A stretch of 62,950 bases of DNA, filler included, from Sphacelaria rigidula (taxonomy: Eukaryota): the NCBI GenBank assembly GCA_964200075.2. It is 8 parts of 8 records of this genome, joined end to end, with 100 filler letters (N's around TTAATTAATTAA, not from the genome) between each part and the next. Parts side by side here need not be neighbours in the genome. Positions count along the whole stretch, not along the records: positions 39,409 to 47,189 come from CAXNAA020013476.1; positions 47,290 to 55,070 come from CAXNAA020013477.1; positions 55,171 to 62,950 come from CAXNAA020013478.1; 5 more parts are not named here. One strand, 5' to 3'. Position 1 is the first letter of the stretch, and each line of letters begins with the position of its first letter. Below, in pieces: positions 45,371-59,318 of the stretch. Made by a program: the position numbers and the translations under genes. The notes under the pieces are model-generated. The model was not told where the DNA came from and searched no databases. It saw nothing but the letters and a program-made list of their open reading frames with translations.

Positions 45371-46382
45371 TGGTGGGTGTCTTAGAATCAGAATTCACAG
45401 TCTCCCGGGTAAGTTGTTCTGCGGGGATGGTTGTTGGCTTGGGAACACAACACACGTGGAGGATGTGTGAAGAAGGTGTACATCCTCATCGCCAGCCGGC
45501 GAAAAAGGCTACCCCTGCAAACCTCTTCTCGTCAAAAGGACGTACGAAGAGGCTCATGAAAGGGAGGGGGGTAATGTGGGAACCCCTACAATGAAGGGGG
45601 AAATTCACACAAGTGTCCGTCGAGTAACCACCTCTTCACATTGACTACACAAGTTAGATGGGTGTGGGTTGTAGGTCCAAGCACATGGAAGGGGAAAATG
45701 CCTACAAGTGCCTGTTGAGGATTCACCGCTTCAAAAAGATATACATGTACCCAAGTCCAATCCATCGTGATTTCACGCGCGCAGGTTCGGGTCCTGCCGT
45801 CGACGCCAATATAAGACACAGTCGGGCAGTGGGTGTGACTTATCCTACCCGGACGGTATGTGTGTGTAGGTTGTAGCTTCTCATTCAGTGAAAGGGTACG
45901 GAGTGTGCGGAGCCGCGACGTGGACTTGAACAGGACGGACTTTGCAAGTCATGGTTTGGGTTGAAAGACAGAGAGTGGGCCGGTAGGGGGGGCTCCGGAC
46001 AGGGAGCCTCCCAGACGGGAATATGACGAGCCCGGACTGGGGATTGGAGGATGACAGTCCCAGGGTGACAGGCCCGGGTTGACTAGCCCGGGGTTATTAG
46101 TAAGCGGGTCGGGTCATACAGAGGTCATGATAACATCCATGTAAGTACTACTTCGCTGAGGAGGTATTCCTCATGCACATGCAAATAGCGTGACTTTCAT
46201 GTTAACAACGACAATAACGATTGCGCCATTAATAGTAAACGGCAAATACTAGAAATGATCAGGAGGACTTTGGTACATGTGCAACAAAAAGAGTGTCGCC
46301 TACAAGGGAACAAAGAGGCACTCAGAAACGAACTCTACAACGGTAAGCGGAGGGTCTCAAAAACAATTTCGAGCATACTTCC

Positions 46383-46703
46383 TTTTTTTCCCCACTTCTC
46401 ATTCATCCCCTTCCTCGGACGAGTCCGTCTGTCTCAAGGAATCAACCCGTCTCCCCCTCGGTACACGCCTCAGCTTTCGGCATCGTGGATTGGATCATGA
46501 CCAACACTCTCGTACCACGTCGACTGCCGTCTAACAAACTCAGCCAAGCAGATCCTTTTTGCTTCTCATATCCTGGCGCTTCCATTGACATATATCAGAT
46601 GCTTGTGAGCACTAAAGGGTAACCGGACGTATCTCGCGAGAATCAAACCCGGGTTTTCCCCGCCCCTAATGGTGTTAGTTATACCTTTAGGGCAAGCAGC
46701 GAG
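46383..46703 (-). mobile_element. tRNA-derived SINE related to 34000-34278
   Basis: A-box-like TGCCCTAAAGG (46694-84), B-box GGTTTGATTCT (46649-39), shared 3' motif GGACTCGTCCGAGGAAGG, A-tail. Confidence 0.65.
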
Positions 46704-46847
46704 TACACACGAAAATGCAACACAGACTGCGTAACCAGAGAGAAAGTAGCTGCAGTGGAGAACCGAGCTAAAAACAAAATAAAACAAGAATATACGGTGC
46801 TAGTGAACACATGTAGGTCGAAACAAAGCGGTGCGTCGTGCACCACG

Positions 46848-46891
46848 AGAGGGAGAGGGGGAGAGAGAGAGGGGGAGAGAGAGAGAGAGAG
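46848..46891. repeat. Imperfect (GA)n microsatellite
   Basis: Seen directly. Confidence 0.85.
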
Positions 46892-47189
46892 ACCTAAAAA
46901 AAACAAGTCTTCAATCGTGGACATCGACCTCCTGAAGTGATGAATCTTATCCATGGCACAAGAATGTTTCATCTACAGGGATCTCGCACTACTGCCTATC
47001 CGATCGATCGGCATCTGTAACTTGCACCTCGACATTCCTGTACTGCCGCATCTATGAAGATGCCACATATCGTTTCACTGATGAGTGGGGGGGGGGGGGG
47101 GGGGGGGGGGCCTCTGGTTTTTGCTGCCATAGGTATAAAACCCTTGGACCCGCAACCCCTCCAAACCGGGGGGGGGCCCCCCGGGGTTT

Positions 47190-47289
47190 NNNNNNNNNNN
47201 NNNNNNNNNNNNNNNNNNNNNNNNNNNNNNNNNTTAATTAATTAANNNNNNNNNNNNNNNNNNNNNNNNNNNNNNNNNNNNNNNNNNNN
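47190..47289. other. Artificial contig linker
   Basis: N44-TTAATTAATTAA-N44. Confidence 0.98.
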
Positions 47290-49899
47290 TTCGGCGAGTC
47301 GCATAAAGGGTGAGCTGCATCCTGCTGAGATTGTTTGGCCCGAGGCCTGCTGAATATCTTGCATTCGGATGACAGCCAACAATGAGTTGCTTTATTGTAT
47401 GGTACGGCCACTTCCAGAGAGAGCCACGGCTTACACACTGCCTCATGGGTGTCTCACCGGCGGGGAGGGGGGGGCAGGGGGGCGAGTAAAGATATGTTCA
47501 AATTGGAGATTTCAAAACGGCCGAGGAGAGCGGCACAGAGATGTAACAATGTGTAGCCAGATATGTACAGGACTGAACATGGCAGAGGTGGCAGAAATCC
47601 CCCCATGTCTTTCTTTCTCTTGCTAGTTCCGTCGTTCCATTGTACTCCTCTCCCGATGCGGTGTGTTGCCATGTGGTGCTATTCTTGTTATACCTACAAA
47701 GTTCGTATATTTCGCTATTCCTCTAGAGGTACCAGGATAGAACCATGCGATTCCTATTGCTATGGTTGATCATCAGTCCCTGAGTTCTGACTACATCCCT
47801 GTTTGCCTTTGCGTGTCGAGTGAGAACGTTGGACTGCCTCCAGTAGTCCGAATGGTCGCCTGTGGCACCAGAACTCATGAGATTAGCGCAGTATTCCTTT
47901 TTTTTGTATCGCGTCTGTGCAAATTGTTCTGGCTCCTGTCCCATTTTCTTCGTTTACCTACACCTCAGTTTGGGTAGTTAACCTGTGACCACGGAAGGCG
48001 TCCGCATCAGATGTCCAGTGCGGGTATAGAAGACTGCGCAGATGGTGGAGCGATTTTTTATGTTAAGACAACAACAATAACAGAAACAACGACAAAAAAT
48101 ACAGTTCCCATATTACACGCAACACGCCTGCGCTCTCCACTCTAGACGTGACTTTTCTATCCTTGCAGGTGATCGGGGGATATTGGGTGATTGCCTGCTG
48201 TGATGACACCGTGAGATGGAATGAGGAATTCACCACGTGAACCACAACCGTGGATCGTTTAACCATCCCTCTCAGGCGAAATGAAGATCTCTGGGAACTT
48301 TTTCCACAATCATCTTCACCGCTCATATGCCATGGGCCCGCATGTCTGAAAAAGGCCCTTCGGTGAAACTTTTGATGAAATCATCGATGCCAGATTACCC
48401 GAGGTGAATGTGATTCGGGGGTCGCGCTGTCTAATGTCATCATAGTTGAGACGCCAATACATGATGTTGGAGTTAAAGAGGCAGAACAGAGTAAACTAAC
48501 AAACGAGAAACAGGGAAATAATGAAACAAAAAACAGGAAACAAAGGGAAGATAAGCATGAGGAAAGAAGAAACGATAACATTAACCTAATGCCGGTAGTG
48601 CAGGAAAATGCTCGCACACACATGGCGAATGTTCGGTTCCTGCCACATGGCAGGCCAAAGGATGTTCAAGATCAATCGAAACACGATGGGAAGAGAGAAG
48701 GAGGCGGTGGACGTAAGCTGCGACCCACGTATTTGGGAACCACACTATTTGGACGTGGTCTCTCATCCGCGGGCTCTGTGGGCGCGAGAGAAACACGCTA
48801 GTTTAGCACCAAGGACAAGACGGGACAAAACATAACATGCCATAATGATGAGGAGGAGGGGGGGACAGAGAAGGAAAAAGAGGGGGGAAGTATACTAATA
48901 TTAGGATATGAAGAAGAGACAGAAGGCCACCAGCGGAGTCGAAACCTCATTCAAATGCCGCTAGTCAACATCGCTATATTTTCAGATCCAAAGAAAACGT
49001 CAACAACAGCTGAGGGTCAAGAATTTAACAGCCGGAAGGCAAAAAGCTAACAGCCGTGAACTTAATAAAATGGTATATCGGTTTCGTAGTATTTCCGCCT
49101 CTACCACTCACCCCTTGTCACGTCCACAGCGGGCCAATCACTCGACAATCTTCTTGTTGGATTCCTCGCGCGCTGTTGCTGCCGTTGTTGTTGTATCAGG
49201 GGCGGTGACACGCGACTGGCGCTTCTCAGCGCAACAGCCCCTTCCTCGCGACGTACGTCAGATTGGTGGATGTTACCGCGTCACAACGCGTCCTCGAACT
49301 CCTCTGTCCCTCACTCGCCCCCAAAATACCATTTACCCACATTCTCCGCGGACGTGATCCAATGCTTTGATCGGATCATACTTATAGGCGTCCTGGAAGA
49401 TCGCCCGAAATTAGCGATCAGGTGACAGCTGTAACCCGCCCCCGTGTTCTACTGTGGATCGGTATAGACTGAAGAAATCTACAACGTGTAGAACGTGGGC
49501 GTCCACGTTTGGATCATCGACAGGTCCCTGCAGGTTCTGTTATTTTCTTATTGGGCGACCAGGTTTGTTCTGCTTCGCTTCGTTTGATTCTGATCTCAAC
49601 TTCCGGGCTTCGACTGAGCGGTAACAGCGGGAGTGCCGCCGGTAGGCGCCGCGGATTCGGCGGCGATCAGAGGTTCGACGAGGCAGTAGCAATTGAAGCG
49701 TCGGGCATGGCTCGTTCGGTCACGGCCCCGTGTGGTGGCGGCGGCGGCGGGGGGGGGTTACGCTGGTCGGCAGGGTCAACTCCGGGCACCGTGCCGACGT
49801 TTTTGAAAGGACGAGGGGGTGCGGGTTTTCCGGTCTGCGGTATACAGTTCTGTGGAGACAGCGTAATCATCCCGGGGGGAAAAGTGGATAAGGGGGATT

Positions 49900-50790
49900 T
49901 AGTAAGTGCCCAATTCGTTGTAGGCTCCTGATTGCACTGCACAGAGGCACCCGCGAAGTGGCTTGTTACATATCTATCGATCAGTAGGTGATAACCCTGC
50001 TGGTACCAGCAGGTCGAAACAAGCCCTTTACTGGAGACGGCAAAATTGAGGTGACAGTCAAGCGTGTTTTCAGCGGCGGCACGGACGAAATATGGATCTA
50101 CAGCGTGTACGGTGCAGTCACGGCCTCGAGAAATGGGAACGACAGCGCATGGCTCACGTACTAAGAATGTGGTCCCTGGTTTCGACGACGTCCTAGAGGC
50201 TGCATTGTTTGTCCTCGCATATTCAATCAGCGCATGTGAGGTTTTCCCGGTCGTCACGGGGTTCACGCTGAAAATGTGTGTAGATTCTTCTTGGGCCCAT
50301 TACTCGACATTGCCTTTTGGGTGATTTCAGAAACTTGCGGTCTTTTCGGACTCTGCGTTCAAACTTCTCCGCAAACGAAGCAGCTTGATTTTTCTTTCGA
50401 AGCTCCATTTATTTCGGGATATATATGTCCGAGAAATTCGGACTGCAAAGCAGCATTTTGGAGAGTTGTCCGTGGGTACGCCGTGGCGCTTGCAAGCGGT
50501 CGAGATCCAGCTGGCACTCTGTCCCGAAAACGTCGGACATCTCAGAAAAATTACCGTCGATAGTGGTGGGTCTTACAGCAAGTCCTTTAACAGGGCCTCT
50601 TTCCCGAAACCGGTGCCGTTCAAGAAGGACACGAGACAGTTGATGGTAGACGTGGTACAGTGCACCAGGCTGAGGGCGACAGCGTTTAGTATCACGTGAG
50701 AGAGCGCCTTACTGGCAGCCAACCACTGTCTGGCAACACTGCAGGATACAACAGAGGGGAACGTCTCCGTCTACACCTAGTTTGATCCGG
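49900..50790 (-). pseudogene. Possible Mutator/MULE transposase remnant
   Basis: FPSVV..ALSHVILNAV, then WC/LYHVY (CxxH after a 1-nt shift), HF..VTTG, and a decayed SWIM-like STCWYQQGYHLL. Heavily degraded. Confidence 0.35.
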
Positions 50791-51285
50791 AAGAGCATCT
50801 AAAACGTGAACGTGGTAAATTAGAGAGGCGATTATCCTTCGGAGATGTCATGCTGGCGGCAGGGGTCGTGGGCTGATGCTGTGGTGGGATGTTTGCAAGG
50901 GGTGTTCGAGCTGCAAATACAAGAGGTACACTCGAAGGGCAGGGGTGGGCGGGCCACTACGGATTGGGACGAGAATGAAGAGCTGACCAAGATCAAATAT
51001 ATAATGCCGCTGTCGGAATACGGCTTTATTGACGACCTGTGTTCATCATAACCAATAAAGTGCGGATGTGAGGCCGCTCTCACTGCTAATAAACACGATT
51101 GCAAGACGCGTACATGCTGGAAAAGTAAAAGATTGAGTGCTACATCAACTGCAATTGCGGGCACGTTTGTTTGACTTTCGGCGAGGCCACAGAACCAGTC
51201 GTGGTACAGGTACATCCCGCTGTCGGCGCCGGTGGGAAGAAAGGACTCACTGTCGTCGCCGAGGGAGGCGAAGAACCGAGGCTGA

Positions 51286-53103
51286 GGTTAGGGTTAGTGT
51301 TGGGGTTAGAGTCAGGGGCGTGGTCTCTGTAGGGAATGGCCCGATTGGTTTTGAAAAACGTTGCTCCTGGGGTGTTTCAACCTGCAATGCAATCCTCTAA
51401 GCACGCGGTCCTCCCACGCATTACACCCATCTATCTTTTTTTTTGTACGTTGGAGGCTCCATCGTCCAAGCGAACGCATAAGGTTTTTTGTGGCAGGGAT
51501 CTCCCCGCTCGGCGGATCCCATTGGTCGAGAAATCCCTGTTTTTCTTGTATCAAACCAGCTCCATCTCCACCGCACGCCACACTTGGTCAACACTTTCCG
51601 GAGTAAGCCACAACCTCAGCAAAAACGGCACAACCAAAGGTATAGGCAAAGGATACTGAAGGTGATCTCCTTCTACGAAGATCTCCGAAGGATCGTTCCC
51701 CATCGCCTCGACTAAGCGTTCCCTGTTTTCGTGCGCCGTGCACCCTTTTTTGCAGAAACTGGTGAACCATACAAAGAGCATCCCTCTGCACTTGCGCTTT
51801 TCCCACATTTTTGGGGGGAAAGAAGTAGCCAAGCCCCCGAGACTACTTTGCTGAAGAGATACATTTGCGTGCCTCATCTATGGACTTGGGGGGCCCACGT
51901 ATTTTTCCTACGGAGCATGGCACAGCGATTTCACTGGTCCCCGAGCAATGCGTGCCGCTTTACGAAAGTTGTGCCCCTCAAGTATCGACGATAAACACGG
52001 AAATGAAACACCTGAACAAACACGAAAAATATGCCACGTGCCTGTGCCTGAATTTTCCATTTGTCTTCGCTGGTAATTTGTGATTTCGATTTATTTTATT
52101 GTGCCGCGTTTCCCTGCCTCAACAGGTGCCATCGGCCACTCGCAAGCCCAGCAGTTGATCGTCAAGCCCAGCCCGTACATCGCCCAGAGTCTCTCGAGCC
52201 TTCTCGGGTTGGCTCTGTCGGGCTGTCCAGTTTGATTCGTGTTCAGGTACCTAACTCATTAGCTCATCACGTGGGGTCTGGGGTCAGCTCAACTCAATCA
52301 GTCCTCTGTCTGTACCGTGGTCTGTAGCATAACATCGGATGGGACCCTGAGGCACTGCTGTCGAGGTATCGCCGTTTGCCGAGATCGATCTCATACTTGC
52401 GTTCAGGCCACGTTCTCTTGTTGCTGTACCCGTGGACTCGCACTCGTTGGAGTGTTTAGTCGTCTGAGAATGATCATGATTGTAGGGGTTGTGCTCCACC
52501 TATCGATGTACGAAAATATATGTAAGCCACAACAGTCCCGTGGGTATACCGATCCGCATCTGTGGTATACTTATTATAGCACATACGGCACCAAGCGTGC
52601 TGTGGGCTGCGACTTTCCACATGGTGAGCTACACTGTGGCTCCACGTTCAGACAGGTGAAGGAGATCCCGCGCGATCCTTGAGGGAGTTCCGCTCACCTG
52701 CTTTCCCCCTCCCAAATCGAGTCGAACGTGTGCGTAATGCGTGGGAGAACCGCGTGCTTCTTGTACCGTATCGGAATTTTAACCCCCCAGGATCGACGTT
52801 GTGATGCGTGAGAGGACCGCGTGCTTAGAGGACCGCGTCGGAATGTGAACATTCCCATGGTTAGGGTTAGGGTTAGGGTTAGTGTTGGTGTTATGATCAG
52901 GGACGTGGTATCCGCAGGGACTGGCCCGATTGGTTTTGAAAAACATCGATCCTGGGTGTTGTGTTTTGAACTACGGCGCGGTCCTCTCACGCATTACAGA
53001 TGTACTGAAAGAACTTTTAACCCCCTAGGATCGATGTATTGTAAGACCGCTCGGGCCAGTCCCTGCTGAGACCGCGCCCCTGACCCCAACCCTAACACTA
53101 ACC
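51286..53103. repeat. Cluster of a repeat family capped by telomere-like TTAGGG units
   Basis: Direct copies at 51286-51370 and 52859-52957 ((TTAGGG)3 at 52861-78), inverted copy at about 53053-53103. Companion motif GCGGTCCTC(C/T)CACGCATTACA at about 51404 and 52978, inverted at about 52734 and 52803. Confidence 0.75.
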
Positions 53104-54391
53104 GTAGGGGTGTTTTCATAGGGGTGTTGATGGACCGCACGCAGTACCTGTATCACAGTGTGCACCAGCTACTGTGTTGTCATGGGGGATGATGGACCGC
53201 ACGCAGTACCTGTTGCTATATCTGCATTTCCTCATTACTGGACCGGTTCCCTCTCTGCGCGGCGATAGTGGTGTTTTTAGTAGATCCGGCGAGACAACAT
53301 GCAGGCACCAACGAACCCTACAGTGTCACGGCAGCGTGCTGTTGGTGCTGCGGCGTGATTCCTGCTTTCTACCAGGCGAATCGCCGCCCTTCACTGTTTT
53401 CGACTGGCCACAGGCAGTGCTTTTACAGTTGGGCAGGCCCTTCCTGCCGTGATTTTTTTATATTTCTGTATGATGGTGCTACAACAGTAGTACAGTAGCG
53501 TCCAGTATATGTGTCAAGGGGCGAACCTGAGTCGTCATGCGTTGCGTCCATCGTAGTGCCGTCGAAAGACCAACCGATTGCAGGCGATGCACCGGTAAGG
53601 TTGGAGGTGGCTTGCGGCTCCACATCTATTGTCTCTCTTGCATCCAACGTGCTCACAGCCCGGTTTTTCCGTACACCCCACAGGAGGCGTACAGATTGAG
53701 CTTCGAAAACAAATCCTACAGTACAGTCAAGGTTGAACATTTTTCTGGACAACCATGTCATCTGAAGAAGTCACCGCGCGCACGTTGTGGGCATCACCTC
53801 CGCACGTGGGAGTAGACCGTCTATCTGAACAACGCATCGTACGTCCTTCGAACAGAAGTCCAGCGGCTACATCTTCAGCCTCACAAGGTGCGACTCCTAC
53901 AGTGTACTGTGATTGAATGCGCAGGCACTTCGTACGGCATTAATTTTGAGCTAGGACAGAAGCAGCCCGCCAGGGAAAGCGCTGCTTCAAGGTTAGGTAC
54001 AAGCCTTTATTTTGTGCTCTCACCCAACTATGAATGTCATCGCCGTACAAGCTGGTACGGCTGAGAGGTTGAGGGTTGTAGCCAAAATGGCAAATCGCAG
54101 CAAAATGAACTTTTGGGACGTGATTTGCAAGGTACCCACCGACGCATTCCCCTCCTCCCTCATTTTCGTCTTTTCGCCGGTGTACGACCGACTTGAACGA
54201 GCCGAGGTATCGCGGCGAAAAACGCAACACCATGAGGAGGGGCAAGGAGGGAATGCGGATTGTGTCAGCGAGTATCTTGCATATCACGTGTAAGAATTAA
54301 GAATTTCAGATTCCGACAAGGGTGTCCATGAAGTTGATGAAGGGGGTCATAGCCAAGGGCTGCGTGCACTGGAGTTAAGTATACCCACATG

Positions 54392-54443
54392 ACAACTACA
54401 GCAATAGTAACAACAGCAACAACAACAACAACAGCAACAACAG
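54392..54443. repeat. (CAA/CAG)n microsatellite
   Basis: Seen directly. Confidence 0.85.
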
Positions 54444-55070
54444 ACACCCCCGTCCCCCCCCCCTTCACTCACGGAGGGAGAACTTTCTACTTTGTGAAAC
54501 TGAAATAAATAGTTGAAAGTACCAAGAACCACACCAGTCGATATCATAATGATGCACGTCCTTCTTGCGAATTTTCGTATGTTACCGTCTCCCTTCTGCT
54601 TCTCTTGCGTGACATGAACTAACCAACTCGAGCCGATTGTGCCCGCCGATTGAAACTTTCAATACCACCCCCGAGTGGTGATGAACATGTGGTCCAACAG
54701 AATCAAGTTGGGCTCCGCGCCCATAGGGTAACTTGTGCATTGATGTGCGCAACTTGATTCAAGTATAGGACCCATCTTTTTTCTCAAGTCATGACCTGAA
54801 TAACGCCTGCCAATTCAAAAAATCATTGATGTGCATTGATGTGCACAGCCACTCAGAGCCCACAGAATAGAGAAGTATGGCACGAAGGTGGCGCGGCGCT
54901 GTTGAATTGACGGCGCAGCCGTGTGAGCGGCAGGGCGTTTTGGATAGCGATTTCGTTGTCTGTTTGGTGAGATACATCACTAGCGCATCCACTGCACGCA
55001 ACACATCGATTCCGCACCGAATGATTAAGTAAGGTACTGTATTCACAATGCCCGAATAAGCTTTGTGCAG

Positions 55071-55170
55071 NNNNNNNNNNNNNNNNNNNNNNNNNNNNNN
55101 NNNNNNNNNNNNNNTTAATTAATTAANNNNNNNNNNNNNNNNNNNNNNNNNNNNNNNNNNNNNNNNNNNN
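55071..55170. other. Artificial contig linker
   Basis: N44-TTAATTAATTAA-N44. Confidence 0.98.
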
Positions 55171-57169
55171 GTAGACAAAAATCCATCGAACAACTCGATT
55201 TGGGTTGTGAGATACCCTTCGTGTATAACCCTAACCCTAAGAATGATGAAAGACAAGCATCATTCTTTTCGCCAGAGGGAAGGGTTCAAAGGGGAGTATC
55301 CGAATCGTTTCCGTGACGGAATCTTGTGGGCAATGGGCTATGGGCTATCCATGTTGCGTTGAAACCGACTTTTTGATTGAGGGGGGAAACACAACCCCGC
55401 AGCTGATCGATACCATGACACGAACGGTGCCCGTCTTAGTCGTGCCTGACGAGCACCCCCCCCCCCTCAACCCTTTCGGGCATGATCGAGGTGTTGTTCC
55501 TCGCGCTGGCGCAGCCCGAGGGGGGTGGTGGCTTAGCGCAAGACATGGGATCCGTGCGCTGCCACCTTTTTCCCTGTGGTGTAGAGTAACAAGAGTGCTC
55601 ACCCGAGTTACTTCTCCCTATTCTTCGACGTACTGAATATGACGCGTTACGGGTTCACCTCTACAGGTTACTTCTTCCGAATAAGAGCTTGTCCCCGATA
55701 CTTCTACTACAAATAGTTCGCAAGTCGGGTTGCCCACTCGAACCTCATCTCGAAGTTCAACCTCAATTCGCATAATTTGCTGTTAGATGAACTTTCTTTT
55801 CTTCTGTCAGTAGCTGTGAGACGAACTGCTGAACTACGGAATGTCAACGTTTCTGCACCCTAATCGAGTTGAGGCAGGTAGATCACTCGGGAAAGCTTGA
55901 CGAGTGTGAGCGAGTTAGCTCGAAGAAGAAGTAATCCCCAGGGATAGCCAGCAGTTCGCTGGAAAGATCCCTGTTACCTTGGGGTCCCAGATCCGCCTAT
56001 ATAGAAGGTACGCTTAAGGCACCTGACGGGGAAAACTTTGGTTCGTGGGAACCACGACTCATAGAACAATACCCAGAGTATTTGGAGAGAGACAATTTAA
56101 TCCTCCATCATCCAAGCTTTTGAAAATTGAACAATAATCAGTCCGAGTTGCCGGAGTAGATGTGGAGTATGGCTTTATTGACATAAAAAATGCGGCCGAA
56201 ACACCCCCTGTTTCAAATACGGTACACTTTACGCAGCAGTTGATTTCTCGCGACCTTAGACGCCTCAGACCTTCACCTTTGGTATAAATGTATACGGGAT
56301 TGGTGCGGTCCGTTTTGGAAAATAGAAACGGAATACAAAATTAATACAGGATGGTTCACGGTGATCACCCAAAATTGTGTCATCAGCGAATGTCTCCCGC
56401 AATACGCACTTAATAGTCGCATATATGGTATCATACTGACCGCAATAAAGAGACGAAGAGGGTGACATAGCCGGATTTTTGTTAAAGGCCGTAGCGGTGG
56501 CGCTATGGATGAAAATGTGTCTAAGCCAATCAGCGCCCTTGAAACTGTTCCGAGGTCTAAATAACGAGTACCAAGCCCAATTTTCACCCAATCTGTACAT
56601 GCTTCAAATCGTAGTAACCGTCATCGATACGTGAATACGAGAAAATCGTATTTTGAAAGCGGTTACTACGGGGGTCGAAATTTACCCAAAATCATGATGT
56701 TTCGGTGATGTCGGGTGTTGGCGTTGTTTAATTTCCACTAATAATACGCACGAAAGACCCAGGGAGCCTCGTGACGGTGTCCCCTATATGTGTTGTAGCA
56801 AAGCTCAGATCGCCCTCAAACTCGGCAGTTCCATAGGTATTGATGCTCAAAATGGAAAAATTGTATTCTCAACCATATGTCATGGTTTCTCCGTTCTTTA
56901 CCGACTTCCGGGGGTCCCAGCATGAAGCCCCCGGAAGGCCGTACAGAATGCCCTAAAAAACAATTATGAAATGATATGTCCCGGAAGAGTTCAAGGAACA
57001 CATGAACAAAGTGTGGTGGAGAAAGTCGAAAACCTCATACAGTTTTTCTTGCGTTGACGTCAAATTCACCCCAAAAGACGTTTTCATACTGAAATCAAGT
57101 AGTGAGGAGTTGCACGTTTCAAACCCACGTCCCCCACAAACGCGCAGACGTTCACGCTGTCACTAGGAG

Positions 57170-57860
57170 TTAGATCCTGAAACTTTGCATAAATATGCTA
57201 TGTATCGTTATGCAACTTTCTACGGACGATGTTGTTGTACTTCTGGAGGTTTTCGCCGTTTTTCGGGGATCCGACGGGATCGAAGTCGTTTTCGAAGTAA
57301 TGTCCACTCTGGGACCCCAAAAAAACGGCACTACATCTTTTTTTTTTTTCCGCAAACTATCTGCCTCCGTATAACCCAAGGATGGGCTCCACAAACTTTC
57401 GTCGCAAATCTTGATCAACTGATGCTTGAATTTCCATGTTCACGTCAAGTAAGGCCCAAAACCGCCGTTTTGGTACTAAAATCAAGTAGTTTGCGGTTAA
57501 ACCGCGGTACGGCAAACTTCATCGCACAAAGTCGAAAACCCTCACGCCGTTCTAAGGAGCTAGACCCTGAAATTTTGCACAACTGTGGTTTGGGACAGTA
57601 CGCAACTTTGGATAGACGAGGTTTCATCAATTTGTTTTTTGTTGCCATTTTACGGCGTCCGATTGGGTCGAGGTTTTCCCAAAAAACTGGGACCCCCAAA
57701 AAACGGTGCAAAAAGTAAAAAAATAAAAAATAAACTCGGGCTTCGAAAGCTGCGTAATGACCCATAGAACAGTCGTGCAAAATTTCAGGGTCTAACTCCT
57801 TCAAACGGCGTGAGGTTTTACAGATGAGTGTTTTTTGGGTGATAAACGTGAACCAGCCTG
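57170..57860. repeat. About 700-bp dispersed repeat, copy 1, with internal inverted repeat
   Basis: Collinear with 61251-61940; inverted arms at about 57556-57608 and 57745-57800 containing GACCCTGAAATTT. Confidence 0.75.
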
Positions 57861-58497
57861 TACGGCGATGAAAATTGCCTATCCTCTGTTTTTCGGAACA
57901 AATTTCGCCATTAAGTTGGTGTTTGGCAACGCCGTACTCAACGAAAACTCTTTTTTTCCTATATATATTTTTTCCAACCCATTGAAATACGTTTTGATAG
58001 TAATAATCCAAAGCTTGGTGTTGATCGGTTTTGATGAAGGTACTCTATCACGCACGTTGAGTGGTGCCCCCTTATCACTCACGTTTCACCAGAAATTGAT
58101 GGTGACTACGAAAATGAAACACCTGGGACTTTTCATACCTTCTCCTTTGGTACAAATGTGTATGAGACTAGTGCAGTCCGTTTCGCAAAAACAAAATGCG
58201 GGGATGAGAATGGCCTATTACCTCGTTTTTGGAACAAATTTGACCATGAAGTCTGTGTTTGGCAACGCCGTACTCCACGCAAACGTTTTATTTTCGTTTC
58301 CTCCTTTTATTAACTCATAAAAATACGTGTTGACAGTAATCTTCCAAAAATTGGTATTCATGGGTTACGATCAATGTACTATGACGCACGTTGAGTGATG
58401 CCCACCAATCACAATAAATCGACGATGACTACGAAAATGGAACGCCTCGAGCTAGGACGTTCCAGATATTTCCTCTAGGACAAACCTTTTCGCATCG

Positions 58498-58528
58498 CAG
58501 TGCATCACAGTGCATCACAGTGCATCAC
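58498..58528. repeat. 10-bp tandem repeat (CAGTGCATCA) x3
   Basis: Seen directly. Confidence 0.9.
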
Positions 58529-59318
58529 TTTCCGGCACCAAAGAGGGGAAATAATTGATCTGTCCCCGGACGTTGGGAACAATTTTGAGTTTTCTTCTCC
58601 GTGTTTGGCAACGCCGAACTCGACGAACACGTTCGTAGAGCTCTATGATTTCTGTTTATTTAGAGCTACCCAACCAAGTGGAATTGGTTTCGACATCATT
58701 CGCGCAAAATTCGGTGTTCGATGGATGTGACCGAGTTACAATGAAACACGTTTGCTGCCTCCCGCCCCCCTCCTACCCCCACACACGTAAAACTCGCCAA
58801 AATCGACAATGAATACGAGAACGGCAGACGCAGCTCGCAGGCAGCAGCGAGCACGAAACAGAGCAAGCTAAGCAGCAAAAAAATCGCCGAATCTTTCTCG
58901 GCGATGACCTTCCACGACCTGGCCCCTTGCGGAGTAACGCCTACGACGAAGGTATCCACAAGTGGCGGGTGTAGGGGAGGGGGGGGTCGGGGCACGGTAC
59001 AGGGTAGTACGTCGCGTACCGGTTGGTACGCACAGTACTGGCATCACCTCTAACCGCGGCACTTGCAAACACTCTACAGACTGGATAGGCAGTACGTCAA
59101 TACAGAATAAGTGCAATCAACAGAACACGCCGAGACAGCAATGAGTAGGCGAACGCCAAGTGCTTTGTTGGCGAAGAATGCGGCAAAAATAATACCGTTT
59201 CAGACGCAGCATAATTGAGAGCAGACAAACACCACTCCACAGCAACAGCCTCTGACTCTAGCTCTAGACACATGCGTTGTATCACATAAACAGAACGGCT
59301 CTTGACAGACTGTAAAGC

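Noticed and set aside
45415-46135. Solo LTR (TGTT...AACA)
   Set aside because: Only 4-bp inverted termini, and the flanks TAAGT/TCCAT do not form a TSD.
46409-46430. Hammerhead ribozyme suggested by GACGAGTCC
   Set aside because: No CTGANGA...GAAA core with closing stems was found by eye; an Infernal search would settle it.
55300-56100. LTR-like non-coding segment
   Set aside because: No second copy, PBS, PPT or TSD in the window to support it.
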